From contig NC_047019.1 in the NCBI RefSeq assembly GCF_902652985.1, positions 34,038,001 to 34,102,000 on the forward strand: a DNA stretch of 64,000 nt, in the 5' to 3' direction. Within the stretch, counting starts at the first letter, position 1. The number at the start of each line of letters is the position of its first letter. Below, piece after piece: positions 55,455 through 64,000 of this stretch. The stretch comes from Pecten maximus. Lineage: Eukaryota. The notes below the pieces were generated by a model that was not told the DNA's origin, searched no databases, and saw only the letters and a list, made by a program, of their open reading frames with translations. The translations under genes were made by a program, and so were the position numbers.

Positions 55455-57612
55455 GACTATAAAATGAGACCTACAAAAACATGAAGATTTTTGTAATGCA
55501 CGACAGAATACATTATTATAAACAATTTAAAAGAGGGGTGGGTCAAGGGCATCTTGTCAGACCTGTATAAAACAGAAACAAAGTGCGACATTTTCGAGTT
55601 ATCAGATGTTTATTTGGATGTCCATTTAACTTAAGCCTAACATGCAACGACAAGATAAACTCGCGCTTTACTGCAAGATCAACAAAATGACCGATGATTA
55701 TTATTTAGATCCACAACAACCTTGAAGACAAGCAATTCCAGTTCTTTCATTCAAGCATGCTATTTACCTTATATCAGGTCTCTTGGCTATGGAAAAAAAT
55801 CATTGTTTAAGATTGAAGCCTATTTGACTCCTGTGACATTGAATATAGGTCAAGGTCTTTCATTTGAACAAACTTGGTAGCCTTCACTCTAGCATGCTAC
55901 AAGACTGATATCCGGTCTTTGTCCTTCATGGAAATTGAGAAATTGTTGAAAGTAAAACCAGACGGCTTGAAGGACGGACGCACAGACTACGGACGCCGCA
56001 CCATGGCATAAGTTCACTTCCCCTTCGGGCAGGTAAGCTAAAAACTCTTACTACCATTATTACATTTACCTACCTAAATACAATGGTAATACTGTATACT
56101 TTACTTGCCAAGATGTAGAAAAAAGATCCAGGCCTCTGTGCTAAGTCGAAATCACATCTTAAAGAATGTATGGGTTGAAATTTGCACTGGAAATCATACG
56201 TTTTTGGGGGGTTGTATTTAAAGACCTCCTGATGCTAATGTTGAATACTTGAGATAATAGGATGCATTATTAGAAAAAGCGGTAAGTTCGATGATATCAT
56301 CACAAATCATATTAATATTCACATGCTAAAATTGAGATCCCGTTCTCATAGATCTTTCTTTTCTTTATCTGAATATAATTTTATTTTTATAAAGGTGCTA
56401 ACAGCTCTACATAACCTGATATAATAATAACAAACTGATTCAAAATACTTTAGTTACCCCAAAATTGTGTAGTGGCCAGAAACCAATCCAGACTCACCGG
56501 GTTCAATCGTACTGACCGGGCGCCAGTGCTTACACCTGGGTGTCGATGAATATTACATCCGGGCAACGATAAATTCTATAGAAAATGAACGCCGAAGATG
56601 GGATCGGAAGAAATGGTTGAGATATTTTTTTCTTTCTTTTTGATGTGATAAAGCTGTCCTTCAAGGAAAATAACCTGACCACGGAACAATATGATAAATT
56701 GGCTATAACTTGCAAGGTTCACGGACAGGAAAAACACTTCTCATTTTTCGCTTATTCGCCCACAGTGTAGGTGGGTATGACCAAATTATGCCCCAATCCA
56801 CGAATTATGCAACATCAGTCGTAAGAGAGGAAAGCAAAATCTGAAAGCATAGTTCTTCTACTTCATGAAGGTGTAAGTATCTCACATCTATTAGATCAAG
56901 CTATAATTTCAAATAAAATTGTTAGTTAAGTTATATAAAGACACCAATCAGGATTTGTATATTGTGAAATTGGTAAAGTTTTTTTATATGGTATGACATT
57001 CTGGTGTCTTATATCAACTATAATCCGACGGGGTTGAGGGTCATTTTTAATGGCTTAAAGACCATCTACATGTATCTATAAAAAGAGCAAAGAGTCTTAA
57101 CTGAAGGTAACAAGCCAAATTGCCAACTGTTTGCTGACGACACACCATTATGTGTTGTTATAGATAATAATGCAATCCAAGCAGCAGACGACCTTCAAAA
57201 GTACATGGGCAAAAAATGGGATTTGAAATTTAATGGATCAAAAACGGAAACTGTTACTTTTACTAGTGAACTAAAAAAAACCACAGCATCCACCTCTTGT
57301 TTTGGCCTTACCTTGAGTGAAGAGGAAAAGTGGACAGAACACATTAAAAAATACAAGCATATATCTTACGAAACTTCCAACATTTAGTTGATAGAACACC
57401 TGTTATTATTGACGTACATTTCTTATCTAAGTCCAACATAAGGCACTTTTAGAATAAATACAGTCAGATTAACTACGGGTCTACAACGAGGTACTTTTAA
57501 ATACACAACTTTATAAAGAAATACACATGTAAAAGACGTACAATGAGAAACATAAGTACGCAGAAGACACCAATAATAACTTCATTTTAGGTATGAAATA
57601 TTACACATTGAC

Positions 57613-57651
<39 letters not shown>

Positions 57652-58230
57652 CATATTTGAAGGATATTATCGACCAATGTATTAAAGACGATTCCAACAA
57701 CTGATATCAATTAAGGGAAAAATAGACCATTTAATCCGTCTCTCTGTCAATCAGATATATATTTTAATTTAATCCCTTCTACCTACTGTGTATAACAAAT
57801 TAGACATCCCAATTTCTATCTCCCCAACTCGAATAAAAGTATTACTTAAAACAACGACAATCAAGTATATGACGTAACCACTTTCTTTTCCAAAACTATG
57901 GACCTAGAAAAGTTAATATAATTTTCTTCTAACTCACAAATAATGCTATATATTTTAACTATGACTTATATTATGATTACTTATCTGATTCATCTAGTTG
58001 TGATTTATGACATCCACCGTAATCTATTCATTTGATTTCACATTATTTTAATGACCAACACATACTGACACATATCCTTGAAAATGGTGATCAAATATAC
58101 AATGCTATAACTATTATAATAAACGAATATACACACGGCACCGATGAGTTTAACAAAAATCTGTATTGAAAGACATTCAAAATGTCACATAAGCCTTGAA
58201 CGTCTTACTTGGAACTATAACAGTATGATA

Positions 58231-58264
<34 letters not shown>

Positions 58265-60794
58265 CATTTCAGCAGATTTGTCTGAATGATGGACCGCAGA
58301 TGAGGGTATTAGTAAGTGACATTACTGAGATCCTTATCCAACAGGGAACTGGTGGATGCAAACGAGCCCTTTGCACGCCCATCGATACACTGAATGATTG
58401 GCATCTGCACAGACCAGAAAGACAACTGTCTACCCATCAGTCACAGACAACACTTACCGCGGGCCCACTTTTCCTTCTCATTCAGCATTGAATAATTCTT
58501 GTTTCTCCAATGGAAGAGTCGCAACATACAAAAAGACAGCCATTTAAAGCATGACTGCATCAAGCTCCAACGTCCCCAACATTAAGGAACCACCCAAGCA
58601 TCTCATACGGAGACTTACGGATACAGACACTTACGGAAGCTAGATGTTAGAAAGCGTGTATACTTTTTTTTGTCCTTGGAACGAGCTACTGGCTCTGCTA
58701 CTGCAAATTATTTTACGTTGCTTTAACACTTTCTTCTTTGCCAACTGGACAATATATGTCTTTATTTCTCCATGGGCCTGATTTTGGATAACATCTTCAG
58801 GCCGGGACCCGACCATCAACCCCACCAACCCCACATTACAGGCCAACGAATTGATATCGAATTAGGGCTTTAGTAAAAGTCCTGGTTCCGGAGCCGCCCG
58901 ATATGGCGTTTCGGTACTTCCAGCAGGACTCACCTCCTAAAATAAAAACTTCCAAGCTTGACAGAGGTAACGTTCAAACCTGCAACATTGACCAGAAGTT
59001 AGCATATACCTAACCATTTCGGGAGGAGCTTCCTTCCTCAGTCCTTGACATACAACGACCATAAGGGAATGGGAATGAGGCATGTTTATGCATAATGCAA
59101 TATCTGTATAAAAAATGTATTTTAACTAATGGCACCAATGTTGTAAAAGACAACCGAATGCAATAAACACTGAAGTATGAAGTGCCGACAATGGCAAGTC
59201 TAATCTATGATCACGTTAGGACAGGTACGCAAATACATATATACACCGGTTTGGTCAAGCGTAGACCGATTGTAGTGCTAACACGCCTGGTCAATGAAAT
59301 CATAATTCGGTCCAGTAGCTATGATGTCTTATGTGCTCGACGCGGTTGGTTCAGTGAAAGTTACGTATTTACATTTATATCTTTAAACTAGAAATAACTG
59401 AAGGATATTAGATATGTTGATTATATGTTATTCTCAAATGAAAACAATTAATAGAATAAATGAAAAAAAAGATAAAAATAAAACGTGTCGATTACATTAG
59501 TCATATATCTTCAACACTTCAACATCAAACGATTTCAATAGAAGATACGCGCCTTTTCCCACTAAAGTAATATGAACAGTCGGTATAATTCTTGCACATT
59601 CCGCGCAGTGCATTCAAAAGTATCCAGCCGTCTTTCCAAGTCAGTAGATATTCTTAATATCATGTGCGTCAATGTGTCATAAGACATGAGGAGGCACCTA
59701 TGGGATGTCAAATACGCTGACCTAGATTTTTGTTAGTGTATGCATAGATTAAACCATTCACAATGTATAAACCCGAATACCTGGGTTATGCTTGGTTTGT
59801 TTTCACCGGCAAAATTAGAACGTTTAAATCATAGCCACATTTAAATACTTCCTGGTACCGAATATATAACCGCATACGGGTGACGAAGTTTAAAAAAAAT
59901 GTATGTGAACTATGATAATATAGATACCAATAATAAGGGAAAGTCACTGGAATTTCACAGGCGAAATTAATTTAATTAATTATAATTAATAATTAATTAT
60001 AAAGCGTGACCAAAATATAAATATATATGAACCGCAGGTATCAGTTTGATTTGTATTTCTTTTTCTATTACAGAGCATGTTATGGCACTTATTTAGATAT
60101 GTGTCCTTAATATTGTTATACATGACATCATTACAAGCAATTGCTATTATTCAAAAATTAAGTTCATAAAAGAAGAATCTGTGAAGGAGGAAAGGAAAAA
60201 AATGTGTTTTGACCTCCATTTGTCTGTCACATCCAATCAGATAAGAACATATTTTGATAAAGCGTATACTGATTGATATTTGATTTGATATGATACTTAC
60301 CAACGGTTTGTGTCTTAAAATATGCTTGGCACAATAATCTAAATAACTAGTGCAGCACCGAATACCGAAAGAACACACTTTCATGTAGCTTGCATGTCGT
60401 GATTACTGATTTTTCACAACCAATGTTTACAAAAGATAATTTGTTATCAGTGTGGCCCTGACCGAAGTGATTTATAGGCAGAGTGGGTCAATTTCCTATT
60501 CATATTTGATACACTTGTTATCTAGCGGCAAAATAGTACTCCAGACTCAATAATTCTACAGATAACACCTATGCGCCGGTGTTAGATGATTACTTTGACT
60601 GATTTTTAGAAAACAGTACATATTCTGTATACATTTTCAAATAATATTTTCAAGATTTCCGCATTGTTTTTTTGTTTTTGTTTCAAGACTCCATTCGCCT
60701 TGACAACTCGCGACCAAGCACAGCATTCATGTATCACAATGATCATATAATCTGGATAATCGATTTTAAATTTTTCACATGTACATGGATTTGT

Positions 60795-60910
60795 TTTTTC
60801 GAAACTGCTTTTGATCTTCAGACAAATTTTTGCAACTTTCTCCTCGTATACCTGATCAAACATTTCGCTTTGGGCAACAGTGAATATATTTAGATATTTA
60901 TTTCTTACCC
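60795..60910 (-). pseudogene. Decayed SULT last-exon relic (copy D)
   Basis: NIFTVAQSEMFDQVYEEKVAKICLKIK in ORF 60606-60935; acceptor and GDWK lost. Confidence 0.85.
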
Positions 60911-61119
60911 GAAGTATGAAATTGATTCGCCGCAAGCGATTTCACGAAGATTAACTCTCCATTTTAACGATTATCTAATGGGTCACTAAAATCGGAATAA
61001 GCGAGAAAAAGGAGGACACGTTAAGACAATGAACGTCATAAAAAATGAATACATATCGGCAACAGATGGAAAGATGGTGAAAAGCGAAGGAGGTTGCCCC
61101 AGTCGAGTCGAGGACATTA

Positions 61120-61720
61120 TTTGATGTAATGGAAATATCGATGATTATCTTGTATATAGAAAATTAACATGTAAAATAAACTGCATTGCTGAAATATCAG
61201 CCATAAAACAGGCCTTGTCCCAAATTTGGGTAAAAAAGGAGCTGCAAAGAGAAGGATCAATGTCAGTTGTTCAAATTGTATGGAAAATATAAGTAAGCAT
61301 GATATTCATGCAATTTTACGGGATAAAAAAACTCATATATCACATAACTTCAATATAGGGAAAGATCATTTAAGTATTGGAGAAAACATTCGTCAAACTT
61401 TTACAAGCTTCTTTCATTTTATATTTAGAGTAATAATAGAAAATATTTCGATGGAAAATGTTTCATAATATTATTCCAAATGGAGTATTATTAAAGTGAT
61501 GGAATATTATGTTAAGCGAAAGCTGTCATGTTTGTAAAATTAAGGATGATTATAATCACTATTTTATTGAATGTTGTTGTATTGATCCACTTTGGTATGA
61601 TCTTTGTTACATACTTTTCTATAAAATAAGTTGTTATCATAACGTAACTGAAAAACGTCAGTGTGTAAATAAAAAGAAATAAAATGAATATATTAAGTAC
61701 AATGATGAGAACAAAATGAG
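61120..61720 (+). mobile_element. L1/Tx1-type ORF2 C-terminal (zf-RVT, CCHC) relic
   Basis: FRWKMFHNIIPNGVLLK*WNI..CHVCKIKDDYNHYFIEC...LW at ~61444-61600. Confidence 0.75.
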
Positions 61721-62339
61721 ATTATATCAGCAAAAACACTTCACGAAATCAAGATATAAAAAAGATATATACCAAACTTTCCACGTAAGTATGTGTAGAC
61801 ATACGTGTATGTGCGTATGCGTTAAATGACTGTCAGTGTGTAAATATATACTCGTAGTTGAGGGAGTGACTGCCTGGTGTATTTGGCTTGAAATTATCTT
61901 TGTACTTTTTTCTTACATGTCTATCTAAGTATGTTCATGTCCTTCTTGAGCGTATGCAGATTGGTCTTGTTTGCATCTGCATGTCTTTGAGGTAAGCAGT
62001 GATCCTGTTTGTGTAAGTGCTGATTGTTTAGCTGTAAGACTGTGTTGTTTGTATTATTGTATTTACGGATGTGTGTGTACTGATGAAAGGACATGTATAT
62101 TTGTTTATATATCCACTTTCCATGTCAGTCTGCGTTTTTTTCACCATGTGCATGTGTGAAGGAGTGTGATGGTATGCTTTTGAAAGAACGGACGAATGTG
62201 TGCATGTCAGATTGTGCATGTGTATACATTGTACGGGTATGAATGACATTTATGGAAATATATAATATGATATAGGAATCATAACAGATGCTGTGTTATT
62301 GCTGGCTGATAGGTCGCATTACTCGGCTCTGAGTATCTT

Positions 62340-63130
62340 CACTTTGTTTTTCAGTACCATCATTTTTTTGGTATCATTAACAATTTATGGCAAGGATACA
62401 GGGTAAAATGAAGGTTTATTTACCCTCAGCTCTCATATTTCCCTCTGGCAAAACCTCAGGAAATAGGATATCTTTGGGTTAACAAACCTTCATATTACTC
62501 TGCATCAAGGGCCATAAATGCGTATTATTATACCTCATGTTTATAACAGTGCCTGTGATTAGGCGAAACGCATCATGTGGAAGGGGAAAAACATCATATC
62601 TCCCTGAGGCGCGTGAGCCAGGGAGGATAAGAGATAAATATCATATCTCCCTAGACCGCCTGCCTCCATGGCGACCCCCACATTCACATTATGTTGCAAG
62701 GAGTTGTCTCCCTTCCAGTTATTTACAAATGGCAGTCGAACAGAAACGCAAACGTTTTCGTGCAGTTGAAGAAGCAGAAATATTTAACATTCTGCAAAAC
62801 AAGATTGCTCAGAACACGAAAATATCAACTAATGTACACGCCAACTGTTTCCAAGAGTTTCTAAAAGAAACTGTCAATAACACCTTGACTTGGAATCAAT
62901 TGAGCGACCGGGATCACAGGGGTTTGTGATGAAAATGATATTTCATATCTTCAGTTTATTTTTGAGTATCATCATTACTGATTATTTTTCGGTATAATAA
63001 ACAATTTATGGCCCTGGATGGAGGGTAATATGAAGGTTTGTTTATCCTCTGCTCTCATATTTCCCTCGGGCAAGCCCTCGGGGAAAATTACCCTGCATCC
63101 AGGGCCATAAATGCATAATATTACCTCATC
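62340..63130 (+). mobile_element. Crypton-like non-autonomous element with palindromic direct terminal repeats
   Basis: Palindromes atttatgg...ccataaat at 62383-62519 and 63004-63112 in direct orientation; the core encodes MAVEQKRKRFRAVEEAEIFNILQNKIAQNTKIST..FQEFL; related core at 37790-38000. Confidence 0.6.
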
Positions 63131-63439
63131 GAATCACACTAAACGATTTTATGATTATTCTGTGTATTGAACTTTTCTTGTTTTATGATCTGGCTGTATG
63201 CATCCTTTCATTAATATACATATGTCAAATGGTTATTTTTTGTGTGTGAAAGTTCGTTTTTGTATTATGTTTTTATGTTTTTTGAAATTCGAATTTCGGT
63301 TTTTAGATCAATTGCAGACGCAGAGCGACAACGTTGTATTCCATCAAAGTTAGGCATAAATATGAGCGTAAGTTTCAGTTATTCATTTATATGATAAATT
63401 GGTGTGCAACGCATATCTGCCGTACTAAGGAAGGTTAGA

Positions 63440-63870
63440 CACATTTGTAGTCATATCAACACAGTACGGTGAGGAAGGCGCCTACTTTTGAATGCGACCA
63501 ACTATAGGACCACTCTTTTGTGTAATTTCAAATTAAGTAAGATGTGGTTGTTTAGCAGTATTACATTGTTTTACTGAATAGGCGCTACGCCAGGGCATTA
63601 AAGCAATTGCATTGCAACGTTTAAAATAAATTTAAAGTTTAATGTTGCGCATATAATCCCGTGTTAAATATATCCTTATTCATTTGATAAAAACTTGACA
63701 AGAAAGCGATTTGCTCAGGCAACTAGATACAATTTTTACCTAGTTTGACGAAGTTTGCAAATGTGTTCTTCAATATAAGATATCGGATAAATGCATATAC
63801 ATTTGCTACCTGACTCTCTAAGTATTTTCGACTGTTTTCGTGGAAAAATCACTGGACACTGGTTACAGGC
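63440..63870 (-). pseudogene. Decayed SULT copy D intron 3/exon 4/intron 4 relic; exon 4 reduced to 28 nt (63740-63767)
   Basis: aag|NTFANFVKL-G|gtaaaa; flanks align to 52760-53150 and 53362-53445. Confidence 0.75.
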
Positions 63871-64000
63871 CGATGTAACGTGAGAACTGACCGGGGAAGA
63901 AAAAGTACCCGTGGCCATTCTTCTATAAACTTACGCGGGTAACTGTATAAAATGACCCACGGTTGTTAAAAATAAACCGGTTTGAGTGTCAAATTATGAC

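Larger units (their letters stand above)
55013..61111. repeat. Segmental duplication Y2
   Basis: Collinear with 31990-37705; private insertions at ~56493-56815, ~57450-57650 and ~58564-59052. Confidence 0.9.

Overview
AT-rich eukaryotic (animal) DNA. The repeat content (V-domain and Meta-domain tRNA-SINEs, HINE/Helentron-like elements) points to a bivalve mollusc; this is inference. A 500-N scaffold gap (14852-15351) splits the window. Left of the gap are five unrelated minisatellite arrays (76, 50, 50, 22 and 40 bp units) and no securely identified gene; all ORFs at 7.5-11.8 kb are satellite artefacts. Right of the gap is a minus-strand tandem cluster of cytosolic sulfotransferase (SULT) genes undergoing birth-and-death evolution. 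It contains: one complete 5-coding-exon gene (copy C, 52556-55454, 291 aa, hand-spliced, all introns GT-AG); a copy truncated by the gap (A); an exon-1-only copy (B); two decayed last-exon relics; an internally deleted exon-4 relic; and an inverted exon-4/intron-4 duplicate. These sit in multi-kb segmental duplications, which provide filled and empty sites for several TE insertions. Main points of interest: (1) copy C has Trp in place of the PAPS-binding Arg of the RKG motif; (2) an inverted repeat could fold back on copy C's pre-mRNA; (3) copy C looks like a B/A mosaic, consistent with gene conversion; (4) a composite SINE carries, inside its TSDs, a structured tandem-pseudoknot-like leader upstream of the tRNA head. 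No prokaryotic systems or CRISPR are present. Repeat and duplication boundaries were read by eye and are approximate.
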